Positions 18,592 through 27,155 of a stretch of 56,258 nucleotides of DNA are shown piece by piece (positions within the stretch are counted from its first letter, which is position 1; the number at the start of each line of letters is the position of its first letter). The notes beneath the pieces were generated by a model that did no database searches, had not been told where the DNA came from, and saw nothing but the letters and a program-made list of their open reading frames with translations. The translations under genes and the position numbers were made by a program. Source of the DNA: a virus (Duplodnaviria; Caudoviricetes); IMG/VR virus record IMGVR_UViG_3300046170_000034, positions 1-56,258 of that record; one strand, written 5' to 3'.

Positions 18592-19040
18592 TGCCGTATC
18601 TTGGTGAGAAAGTCCCCGCTAACTTTCAATCCGTCCCGGCAGTTCAGAGGTTCAACGGTGACGGTAGCGATACAACATTTACACTAAACACAACCGTTTC
18701 ATCCGTGCAGGATGTTTTGGTTTCTGTGGATGGTGTTATTCAGGATAGCGCGGCGTACACAATACCGGATGGCGTGACGCTGACATTTACTGCCGCCCCT
18801 TCCTCTGGCACGGGTAATATCTTTGTTAATTACAATGCACCGCAGGTAGGCACTGTTACACCAGCCGCCGAGAACAAAGGCAACTTTAAGGCAGGTGGTT
18901 TATTCCGTACCAACGCACAAACCCTTACAGCAAATACAACCATCCTTGCTACAGAAAACGCCAATGTAACTGGTCCGTTTACTGTGGCTAGTGGTGTTAC
19001 ATTAACCGTTGAAAGCGGTGGGACATTGGTGACGCTATGA
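18591..19040 (+). CDS. Tail fibre hub protein 1
   Basis: MPYLG; FNGDGSDTTFTL...VSVDGVIQ repeat; C-terminal TLTANTTI...GPFTVASGVTLTV. Paralog of 22491..22952. Confidence 0.7.
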   Translation: MPYLGEKVPANFQSVPAVQRFNGDGSDTTFTLNTTVSSVQDVLVSVDGVIQDSAAYTIPDGVTLTFTAAPSSGTGNIFVNYNAPQVGTVTPAAENKGNFKAGGLFRTNAQTLTANTTILATENANVTGPFTVASGVTLTVESGGTLVTL

Positions 19041-19483
19041 GTACGTTATTAGCAGATACAATTAGAAAAACTGGTGGCAGTTCTGGCGTGGATATCAGAA
19101 TTAAAAATAATTCTGTGTATGAGTCAGAAGGCGGCACAAGTGTTACTCAAAATATGGTGCAAAGTCTAAACAAGGGCTGGGCATCTGTACAAAAATATTC
19201 TTCTAATATTAGCGTTTTTGACTCACTCAATGTTTCGTCAGGAGTCGATGATGGCGTGGGTCACACTACCCTAAATTGGTCAAACAATATGTCAGCGGCT
19301 GGGCATTATGCGGCGGGTGGAATGTCATCTGACCAAAATTATATGTGTGCTAATCAAGGTAGAACTGCGGCGGCAGGAACTGCTCTTACTACTTCCAGTG
19401 GTGCATTTTCTACAGTTAGTGATGCTGGCGCAGACAAAGATTCAAATGTGAATCTTATGGTGATTATGGGAGACCTAGCATGA
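19037..19483 (+). CDS. Small tail-tip paralog 1 (ends GDLA)
   Basis: LLADTI N-terminus, KGWASV...SLNVSSGVDDGVG, GDLA*. Confidence 0.75.
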   Translation: MSTLLADTIRKTGGSSGVDIRIKNNSVYESEGGTSVTQNMVQSLNKGWASVQKYSSNISVFDSLNVSSGVDDGVGHTTLNWSNNMSAAGHYAAGGMSSDQNYMCANQGRTAAAGTALTTSSGAFSTVSDAGADKDSNVNLMVIMGDLA

Positions 19484-20391
19484 GTGAAGTAAAGACAAAT
19501 AAAATCAGCAGTCTTGCTAGTAACAACAACATCACGATTGACCCTGATGGCACTGGCAACACGATTGTTGCGTCGGGCAACGTGGGCATCGGGACTGCAA
19601 CACCATCCAGTTACAACAGTGGTGCAGATGATTTAGTTCTAGCCACCACAGGCGCAACTGGTATCACTATTGCTTCTGGCACAAGCAACAATGGTTCTTT
19701 GTTTTTTGCTGATGGTACTTCTGGTGCAGACCAATATCGCGGTTATATCCAGTATGAGCAAACCAATAATGCTATGGCTTTTGGAACTAACGGTGCTGAA
19801 CGGATGCGTATTGATTCGGGAGGCAATTTACTTATCGGACGCACAAATACAAATAACAACAATGGTGGTCATTATATTACAAGTGGTTATGCTTATCTTG
19901 AACGAAATAATGACTTACCACTTTACTTAAACAGGTTTGGTAGTGACGGAACGATTGCTCAATTCCGTAGGCAAGATTCAGTTGTTGGAAGCATTTCTGT
20001 AACTAGTTCAGGCACTGCCTTTAACACATCCTCAGACTACCGCCTCAAAGAAAATGTTACTTATGATTGGGACGCAACAACAAGACTAAAGCAACTAAAG
20101 CCAGCCCGTTTTAACTTCATTGTTAATGCAGATACCACAGTCGATGGCTTTCTTGCACATGAAGTCTCAAGCATAATTCCCGAAGCGATTAGTGGTACTA
20201 AAGATGAAGTTGAAGTGTGGAAGGACGGTGAAGAACTGCCCGATGGCGTTTCGGCTGGCGATAACAAGCTAGATGCTGATGGCAATACTATTCCTGTAAT
20301 GCAGGGGATAGACCAGTCCAAACTCGTCCCATTGTTGGTCAAGACCATCCAAGAATTAGAAGCGCGTATCACCGCACTGGAGGCTGAATAA
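19480..20391 (+). CDS. Tail fibre with C-terminal Peptidase S74 intramolecular chaperone
   Basis: GNVGIGT and ERMRIDS repeats; TSSDYRLKEN...LKPARF...GFLAHEV...LVKTIQEL. Confidence 0.85.
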   Translation: MSEVKTNKISSLASNNNITIDPDGTGNTIVASGNVGIGTATPSSYNSGADDLVLATTGATGITIASGTSNNGSLFFADGTSGADQYRGYIQYEQTNNAMAFGTNGAERMRIDSGGNLLIGRTNTNNNNGGHYITSGYAYLERNNDLPLYLNRFGSDGTIAQFRRQDSVVGSISVTSSGTAFNTSSDYRLKENVTYDWDATTRLKQLKPARFNFIVNADTTVDGFLAHEVSSIIPEAISGTKDEVEVWKDGEELPDGVSAGDNKLDADGNTIPVMQGIDQSKLVPLLVKTIQELEARITALEAE

Positions 20392-20792
20392 TGGCACTAG
20401 GTAAAATCAAAGCAGATACCCTAGAACACAGCACCGCAGGGTCGCTGGATACAAAGTTCGTTGTAGAAGGTAGTGCGAAGGCTTGGTTAAACCTGAATGG
20501 TACAGGAACAATAGCTATTCGTGACAGCTTCAATGTAAGTGGTGTTTCGGATGGCGGCACTGGAAACTATACGACCAGTTTCACCGCATCTTTTAGCAAC
20601 GCTAATTACTCACATAGTCATACAAACATAACAAACGATGGTCAGTACGGTTTTACAATAGACAGTTCTTTCGCACAGGCGACGGGGTCTGTTTTGCAAA
20701 GAAACGGCTACTGGTCTGGTGTTTCAGGTGAAAACGGGTCTAGCGGCGATTCTTTGTATTTCAATATTCAAGAGTTTGGAGACCTAGCATAA
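20391..20792 (+). CDS. Small tail-tip paralog 2 (ends GDLA)
   Basis: IKADTL, SAKAWLNLNGTGTIAIRDSFNVSGVSDGGTGNYT, GDLA*. Confidence 0.8.
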   Translation: MALGKIKADTLEHSTAGSLDTKFVVEGSAKAWLNLNGTGTIAIRDSFNVSGVSDGGTGNYTTSFTASFSNANYSHSHTNITNDGQYGFTIDSSFAQATGSVLQRNGYWSGVSGENGSSGDSLYFNIQEFGDLA

Positions 20793-21262
20793 TGCAGACA
20801 CCTGAGTTTCAAGGCACACACCTATTCGACCGACTATGTTGGGCAAAGGAAAACCTAGAAGGTCATCAGTCTGACTATCGCGTAGTGTATGAGGACAGTG
20901 TAGATGAATGTGCAAAGATACTGGTTCCTGACCCTAACTGGATGGCGTGTGCGCTACAGGGCGGTATCCTGCCTCCTGTCGAAGTGTATTGGGAGTTAGC
21001 AAAGGATGAGGCACAACCAGACTTCAAGAAGCATACTCGTGGCTACCTGTTACATGACACCAAGCCTATTGATGCTTTAACCGAAGAACAGGCGATTGAA
21101 TACTTAATTATGAAAGACTGCCCACAATCCGTATGGAAAGAGTGGGATAGCGGCAATAAGCCAAAACTGGTAATATGCCGTAAGGAACAGCTTCCAGCGA
21201 CTCGTGAGTGGCGCAATGCTTGGAAGATCACTGAAGAACTAGCCACAGAACAAGCTGCCTAA
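20792..21262 (+). CDS. Hypothetical protein in tail-fibre region (possible assembly chaperone)
   Basis: 156 aa, coupled start, ends LPATREWRNAW. Confidence 0.7.
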   Translation: MQTPEFQGTHLFDRLCWAKENLEGHQSDYRVVYEDSVDECAKILVPDPNWMACALQGGILPPVEVYWELAKDEAQPDFKKHTRGYLLHDTKPIDALTEEQAIEYLIMKDCPQSVWKEWDSGNKPKLVICRKEQLPATREWRNAWKITEELATEQAA

Positions 21263-21273
21263 AGGAGAAACCA

Positions 21274-21642
21274 ATGGCAACATATATCGTAGACAAGGAC
21301 GGGAACCAGATCGATGCTTCCACGGCTACCGTTCCAACAGACCGTCACTTTCGCGGTGCGTGGTCATTGAGCGGAACAGTTATATCCGAGGATATGGATG
21401 CCGCTAAAACTATCTTCCGTGACAAAATCCGTGAAGTGCGCACATCACTGCTTGCAGCAGAGGACGTAGTGTACATGAAGGCACTTGAAGCTGACGATAC
21501 TTCTGCAAAGTCAGCCTCTGTAGCCAAGAAGAATGCACTACGCAACGCACCAGCGGCATCGGCTATTACAAGTGCTGACACAATTGCTAAATTAAAAGCA
21601 GCTTGGGATACGGCTGTACTTGGCGATAGCCCATACGCATAA
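21274..21642 (+). CDS. Probable tail fibre assembly chaperone
   Basis: AAGGAG RBS; DRHFRGAW...KIREVR...KNALRNAP...LKAAW. Confidence 0.65.
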   Translation: MATYIVDKDGNQIDASTATVPTDRHFRGAWSLSGTVISEDMDAAKTIFRDKIREVRTSLLAAEDVVYMKALEADDTSAKSASVAKKNALRNAPAASAITSADTIAKLKAAWDTAVLGDSPYA

Positions 21643-21654
21643 GGGAGATAGACT

Positions 21655-22491
21655 GTGGCGTTAACTAAAGTAGGAAAAGAAGGTGTAACTGGAATTTCTA
21701 ATTCTAGTAATGCTACAGCTATTACCATTGATTCGTCAGAGAATGTGGGAATTGGAAAATCCACTAGCATTGCAGATAGAGTGCATATTGAAAAATCTGG
21801 TGCAAACTGTTTGCTATCAGTCGCAAGAACCAGCGATGGTGCGGCTGGTCGCTTGGTCATGCAACACACTGACACTGTTGGTGCTTTACAAACTACAGGC
21901 TCTGTGCCTTTACTATTTGGTACTGCTGATACTGAACGGATGCGTATTTTAGCCGATGGTAGAACTACTATAGGCCATAATGCGGCTATCAACATTTCTA
22001 TTCTTGGAATTTCAAATAGAAATGCCACCAGTGACAGAATGTTTGCTGTTCATAATGCAGGTGGAACAAGCGGTTACTTCAACCAGATAGCATTTCGGAA
22101 TAACGCTGACAGCGCAACTATCGGTGAAATTGTAAGAGTTAATGACGCATCTGTTTCTTACAACACAACATCAGACTACAGGCTTAAAACCGCAGTCAAC
22201 TACACTTGGGATGCAACCACACGACTAAAGCAACTAAAGCCAGCTAGGTTTGAGTGGATTGTTGATGGCGATGATGCTGTTCCTGTGGACGGGTTCTTAG
22301 CGCATGAAGCGCAGACCGTTGTACCAGAGGCCGTTACTGGCACACACAATGAAGTTGATGACGATGGTAACGCAGTCATGCAAGGGATAGACCAATCCAA
22401 AATCGTCCCACTGCTGGTCAAGAGCCTACAGGAAGCCATCACTAAGATTGAAACGCTTGAGACTAAAGTTCAAGCACTAGAGGACGCATAA
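21655..22491 (+). CDS. Second tail fibre with Peptidase S74 chaperone domain
   Basis: GTG start; ENVGIG, ERMRI; TTSDYRLK...LKPARF...GFLAHEAQ...LVKSLQE. Confidence 0.85.
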   Translation: MALTKVGKEGVTGISNSSNATAITIDSSENVGIGKSTSIADRVHIEKSGANCLLSVARTSDGAAGRLVMQHTDTVGALQTTGSVPLLFGTADTERMRILADGRTTIGHNAAINISILGISNRNATSDRMFAVHNAGGTSGYFNQIAFRNNADSATIGEIVRVNDASVSYNTTSDYRLKTAVNYTWDATTRLKQLKPARFEWIVDGDDAVPVDGFLAHEAQTVVPEAVTGTHNEVDDDGNAVMQGIDQSKIVPLLVKSLQEAITKIETLETKVQALEDA

Positions 22492-22952
22492 TGCCCTACA
22501 TAGGTAAATCCCCAGAGTTCGGTGTACGTAACCGTTTCGTATATCAGGCCACAGCAGGGCAGACTAGCTTCTCTGGTAGTGATGCTGACTCTAAGGTACT
22601 TACCTATCAAGATGGTCTGTACATGGACGTGTATCAGAACGGTGTACTACTCAAGCCGGGAACAGACTACACTGCCACTACAGGCACAACAGTCGTACTG
22701 GTCACAGGTGCATCATCAGGTGACGTAGTTGAGATGGTAGCCTACGATGTGTTCTCTGTAGCCAACAGCTACACAGTGACAGAGAGTGACACACGCTACC
22801 CATTCAAAGGTAACAACAGCATCATCCGCTTGAATGGTCAAAGCATAACGGCAGACATTACTATTGATGCAGATGAGAACGGCGTGAGTGCAGGTCCGAT
22901 TACGCAGGACAATGCCACCGTCACTGTTAACGGATATTGGAGTATCGTATGA
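22491..22952 (+). CDS. Tail fibre hub protein 2
   Basis: MPYIG; ATAGQTSF...VYQNGVLL..DYTAT; C-terminal SITADITI...AGPIT. Paralog of 18591..19040. Confidence 0.7.
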   Translation: MPYIGKSPEFGVRNRFVYQATAGQTSFSGSDADSKVLTYQDGLYMDVYQNGVLLKPGTDYTATTGTTVVLVTGASSGDVVEMVAYDVFSVANSYTVTESDTRYPFKGNNSIIRLNGQSITADITIDADENGVSAGPITQDNATVTVNGYWSIV

Positions 22953-23306
22953 CCAGCGTATTGAATGTAGATAGCATTGCGGCAAAGGACGGTACATCTG
23001 CTGTAACGCTAGACTAAGCAGACTGCGGCTAAAGCATTTGTAGAAGCAAACGATGCCGCCGCATTTTCAAAAAGTTTTAACATTTCTGCTGGTTCAGACG
23101 ATGGAACAGGAGACTATAGCTACAGTTTTATTAATAATTTAGACAGTGCAGATATGGTGGCAAATATTACTTGTGCGCAAAATGCTAACGCCATAGGTGT
23201 TAACAACGGCAGGGCAGCAGGTTCTTTTGATGTTAAGATGTTTACTGATGCTGGTTCGCTTGTAGACAGAGACCATAGCTGTGTAATTCACGGAGACCTT
23301 GCATAA
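22949..23306 (+). CDS. Small tail-tip paralog 3 (ends GDLA), one +1 frameshift near 23010
   Basis: MTSVLNVDSIAAKDGTSAVTL/TKQTAAKAFV...SFNISAGSDDGTGDYS...IHGDLA*. 358 nt (3n+1); missing from the ORF track. Confidence 0.75.
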
Positions 23307-23728
23307 TGGCTAGTCAACTCAAAGTAGATACAATCACAGGAGTAACCACGGCTGGTTCTATTAGCGTGACAGGTGAAGGCAACTCAACCACAACTAATCT
23401 GCAACAGGGATTAACGAAGGCGTGGAATCACTTTGATGGTACTGGCACTGTTGCTATAGATAATTCGTTTAACGTTAGTTCTTTGATAGATTCCACTACA
23501 GGTCAATATGCTAGTGCTTTCACTAATAATATGTCATCAACACAATACCCAAACACAGGTCATTCAAGGCATGATGGTGGTGTTAATGCTTTGTTTTCTA
23601 CCTCTAACAAAGACGATTACCCGCCAATTACAAGCAGTTGTGGGATAGATAGTTTTTCTTCAGATGGAAATCAAAACCAAGTAGATAGTGACCAGATGTC
23701 GCAAGTTATTCACGGAGACCTAGCATAA
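23306..23728 (+). CDS. Small tail-tip paralog 4 (ends GDLA)
   Basis: LKVDTI, TKAWNHFDGTGTVAIDNSFNVSSLID, IHGDLA*. Confidence 0.8.
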   Translation: MASQLKVDTITGVTTAGSISVTGEGNSTTTNLQQGLTKAWNHFDGTGTVAIDNSFNVSSLIDSTTGQYASAFTNNMSSTQYPNTGHSRHDGGVNALFSTSNKDDYPPITSSCGIDSFSSDGNQNQVDSDQMSQVIHGDLA

Positions 23729-24099
23729 TGGCAAGCGAACTTAGAGTAAACACATTAAAGGATGCCTCTGGTAACAACAGCATTGCTACTAGCTTTGTTG
23801 CAGGGGGCAGTGCGAAGGCTTGGGTGAACTTTGATGGTACTGCATCTGGTGCGGCGGCAAGAGATTCATTTAATGTTTCTGGGATGACAGATAATGGTAC
23901 AGGCGACTACACTGTCACATATTCATCTGCTTTATCAGACGCTAATTATTCCACACCATCATCCGCATACAACAGATTTGTAGGTGTTACTGGCGCGGCT
24001 AGACAGACTGCATCTGCTTGTAGACTAGACTGTATTACCACCAGCGCAAATTCAGATTACTCTGTAATCAATGTCGGTATGTTAGGAGACCTCGCATGA
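23728..24099 (+). CDS. Small tail-tip paralog 5 (ends GDLA)
   Basis: LRVNTL, SAKAWVNFDG...DSFNVSGMTDNGTGDYT, GDLA*. Confidence 0.8.
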   Translation: MASELRVNTLKDASGNNSIATSFVAGGSAKAWVNFDGTASGAAARDSFNVSGMTDNGTGDYTVTYSSALSDANYSTPSSAYNRFVGVTGAARQTASACRLDCITTSANSDYSVINVGMLGDLA

Positions 24100-25133
24100 G
24101 TAAAGCCGCAGAACTAGCCGCACTGATTGGTTCGCAGTCGGCGTTGTCGGACAGGAACCTGATTATCAACGGCGCTATGCAGGTGGCGCAACGTGGTACG
24201 TCAAGTACAGGATTTGTAGGTGCGTCTAGCTATTTAACTGTTGATAGATTTAAGTTAGAAAACGGAAGTAGCGGAACTTTCACAGTTACACAAGCTACTG
24301 ATGCCCCTACAGGATTTGCAAACAGCCTCAAGTTTGATTGCACAACAGCAGATGCAAGCCCTGATTATTTTTTAATTGTGCATCGTATGGAAGGGCAAAA
24401 CCTTCAACATCTACAAAAGGGGACATCTTCTGCCAAAAAGACTACATTATCTTTTCATGTGAAGTCTAACAAAACAGGGACGTATCAAGTCAATCTTAGG
24501 GATGTGGATAATAGCCGACTCATAGGTGCTACTTATTCTATATCTTCTGCTAATACTTGGGAGAAAAAGATTGTAACCTTTGCTGGGGATACGTCAGGAG
24601 TGTTAGGTAATGATAATGGTAATTCTCTGTCTCTTGAGTGGTGGCTTGCTTCTGGTTCAACCTACAATAGCGGCGCAGTTCCAACAGCTTGGGAAGCCAT
24701 AGCTAACGGCGACAGAGCCGCAGGGTTAAATGTAGCCATTGGTGCAAGCACAGATGATGAATTTCTTATCACTGGCGTCCAGCTTGAAATCGGCGAACAG
24801 GCCACGTTTTTTGAACATCGGTCGTTTGGCGATGAACTACAACTCTGTAAACGCTATTTTCAAGTACATGATGATATGCAACTTAGAGGAAATCCTGACG
24901 GGGGCTTTGAAAGGATTGAAATATACTGTCCGTTAGGTGTCTCAATGAGAGCAAATCCGTCAAGAGGAGTGATAACAGAAGGAAACAGCACTAACATTCG
25001 TAGTTCTACTACCACATATTCAGGTTTTGTTTTAGCAAATAGAACGGCTGGATGCACTCTTTCTTTAGAGTCAAACAGTGCTGGATTAGCGTCTTTTGAC
25101 AATAGGACTGAATCACTGGATGCGGAGTTATAA
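24096..25133 (+). CDS. Tail fibre/receptor-binding protein with carbohydrate-binding-like domain
   Basis: RNLIINGAMQVAQRG...DRF, ITGVQLEIG...FEHRSFGDELQLCKRYFQ. Confidence 0.75.
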   Translation: MSKAAELAALIGSQSALSDRNLIINGAMQVAQRGTSSTGFVGASSYLTVDRFKLENGSSGTFTVTQATDAPTGFANSLKFDCTTADASPDYFLIVHRMEGQNLQHLQKGTSSAKKTTLSFHVKSNKTGTYQVNLRDVDNSRLIGATYSISSANTWEKKIVTFAGDTSGVLGNDNGNSLSLEWWLASGSTYNSGAVPTAWEAIANGDRAAGLNVAIGASTDDEFLITGVQLEIGEQATFFEHRSFGDELQLCKRYFQVHDDMQLRGNPDGGFERIEIYCPLGVSMRANPSRGVITEGNSTNIRSSTTTYSGFVLANRTAGCTLSLESNSAGLASFDNRTESLDAEL

Positions 25134-25300
25134 TGATGAATATTACATCAGCAAAATATTTAAATAACGATAGTAAAGTAATTATTATTGTTGCAGAGGG
25201 GCAAAAATTGTTTGTCCCACTAGACCCAGCCAACCGCCACTACGCAGAAATCATGCGTCAGGTGGACGCTGGCGAGTTGACTATAGCCGATGCTGACTGA
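25133..25300 (+). CDS. Small fibre-associated protein (55 aa)
   Basis: MMNITSAKY...VPLDPANRHYAEIMRQVDAGELTIADAD*; coupled at both ends; below track cutoff. Confidence 0.7.
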   Translation: MMNITSAKYLNNDSKVIIIVAEGQKLFVPLDPANRHYAEIMRQVDAGELTIADAD

Positions 25301-26015
25301 TGTTTGGTGAACTGGCATTATCTGAAAGAGCATTAGCCGCGCAAGGAATTATAGAGTTCGGCGTAGCTGAGATGATCGGTACGTCTAGTAAGGCGTCCGT
25401 GGCATCTGGTATAATGTCCGGTGTTATAGATGCGTCGGCCAACTTTACGCAGTCTACCAACGCGATGTTTATAGCTAGTAATACCTCTACACAGATAGCT
25501 AGCTTTACCCAAAGCACTGATGCTTTGAGGGCAAGAACAGCAACCGCAGAACTTGAGTCTGTGTTTGTACAGTCTTCAACCGCTGCGCTAGTTCGCAAGC
25601 GGCGTATCAACACAGATCGCTAGCTTTACGCAATCGGCAGATGTCTCGTTGATTGCATCGGGCATAGCTGAGATGAGCTTTAACTTTACGCAGTCATCGG
25701 CGGCTATTAATATTCGCATCCGGTGTGGTTATACAGGACTTTAACTTTACTCAGTCCGTTACTCCATCTGTAGTATTTTCTACATCTGTAGATATAGAGT
25801 CATTATTTACTCAGTCTGTTCTTGGTGGGTTGCTTGAATTTGGTGTGGCAGAAATGAGCGCATCATTTATAATGACCGCAGATGGTCGCATATTATGGGA
25901 ACAGATTATACCTACTGGCACCGAAAACTGGACGACAATTTCGCATACAGGTGATACATGGACACCAATCAACGCTAGTGGTACAATCGAGCAATGGACG
26001 GAAAAGGTGGTCTAA
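25300..26015 (+). CDS. Repetitive virion protein (FTQS repeats), two +1 frameshifts
   Basis: ~22-aa repeats continue across breaks near 25594 and 25715. Total 716 nt (3n+2). Confidence 0.7.
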
Positions 26016-27146
26016 ATGGCTAGTACATTTACAGCAAATAGTGGCATAGAAAAACCCGGCTCCGGCGAACAGGCTGGAACGTGGGGATCCACAACAAACG
26101 CAAACTTTGATATTATTGATCGTGTGTCTAACGGCGTAGGTGCGATTACCCTATCTGGTACAACGCACACGCTAACCACAACTGATGGTGCGTTATCCGA
26201 CGGACATTACAAGGTGCTGGTTCTTGGCGGATCTCCCAGTGGCACAAACACTGTTACGATCAGTCCCAACGATCAGGACAAGTTGTACTTTGTACATAAC
26301 ACAACAAACCAATCTGTTACTTTTACGCAAGGCAGTGGTGGAAACGTAACTGTAGAAGCGGCAAAAACAAAAATTATATTTGCTGATGGCGCAGGAAGCG
26401 GTGCAAAAGTCACTGACTTTACCGCGATTATGCAGTTTACATTGGATGCCGCAAACCTAACAGGGACTATTGCTAACGCTCGTCTTGATCAGCAATTGCA
26501 AGATGTTGCTGGGCTAGCGGTTACAGACGGTAATATAATTGTAGGCAACGGAAGCAACTTTGTAGCTGAGAATGGATCTACAGCGAGAACATCATTAGGT
26601 GTGGCAATAGGCAGTGATGTTCAAGCGCATGACGCAGACTTAGATGCAATAGCTGGTCTTACATCCGCCGCTAACAAAGGTATTCAGTTTACAGGTTCCG
26701 GATCTGCTGGAACATATGATTTAACTGCCGCAGGTAAAGCTTTGCTAGACGATGCTGATGCCGCCGCACAAAGAACAACGCTAGGTCTTGGCTCTGCCGC
26801 CACTTTAACAGCGGGAACTTCCGCTAATAACGCAGTTCAACTTGACGGCTCTGCTAAATTACCTGCTCTTGACGGATCACAACTAACAGGTATATCGGAC
26901 TTAAAGTCGGCAGGAGCGGTGGGTGCATACGCTATTATATGGTCTAATAACGGGGGCAACGGCGTTGCAATAGGAAATACTTTTACTGCGCCCGGAAACC
27001 TCAATGTAATAATGGTTTCCGCAAGTGGAAATGTGCTCGTAGATACGCCGTACATTGCAAATGGAACTTGGCGGGTTATGAGCGGTGAGTTAAGTAATAA
27101 TAGTGGCACTACTGATAACCGTGCATTATGCCAACGAATCTCGTAG
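26016..27146 (+). CDS. Tail fibre / tail-base protein
   Basis: GEQAGTWGSTTN N-terminus; shares the ANARLDQQLQDVAGLAVT...ARTSLG block with 17365..18231. Confidence 0.75.
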   Translation: MASTFTANSGIEKPGSGEQAGTWGSTTNANFDIIDRVSNGVGAITLSGTTHTLTTTDGALSDGHYKVLVLGGSPSGTNTVTISPNDQDKLYFVHNTTNQSVTFTQGSGGNVTVEAAKTKIIFADGAGSGAKVTDFTAIMQFTLDAANLTGTIANARLDQQLQDVAGLAVTDGNIIVGNGSNFVAENGSTARTSLGVAIGSDVQAHDADLDAIAGLTSAANKGIQFTGSGSAGTYDLTAAGKALLDDADAAAQRTTLGLGSAATLTAGTSANNAVQLDGSAKLPALDGSQLTGISDLKSAGAVGAYAIIWSNNGGNGVAIGNTFTAPGNLNVIMVSASGNVLVDTPYIANGTWRVMSGELSNNSGTTDNRALCQRIS

Positions 27147-27155
27147 GAGATTAAC

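Noticed and set aside
21345-22028. 227-aa minus-strand ORF and many other antisense ORFs in the track
   Set aside because: Shadow frames of well-supported, translationally coupled genes on the opposite strand.
19037-25133. Diversity-generating retroelement or invertible shufflon behind the fibre paralogs
   Set aside because: No reverse transcriptase, no TR/VR pair differing only at adenines, no recombinase, and all cassettes are co-oriented.
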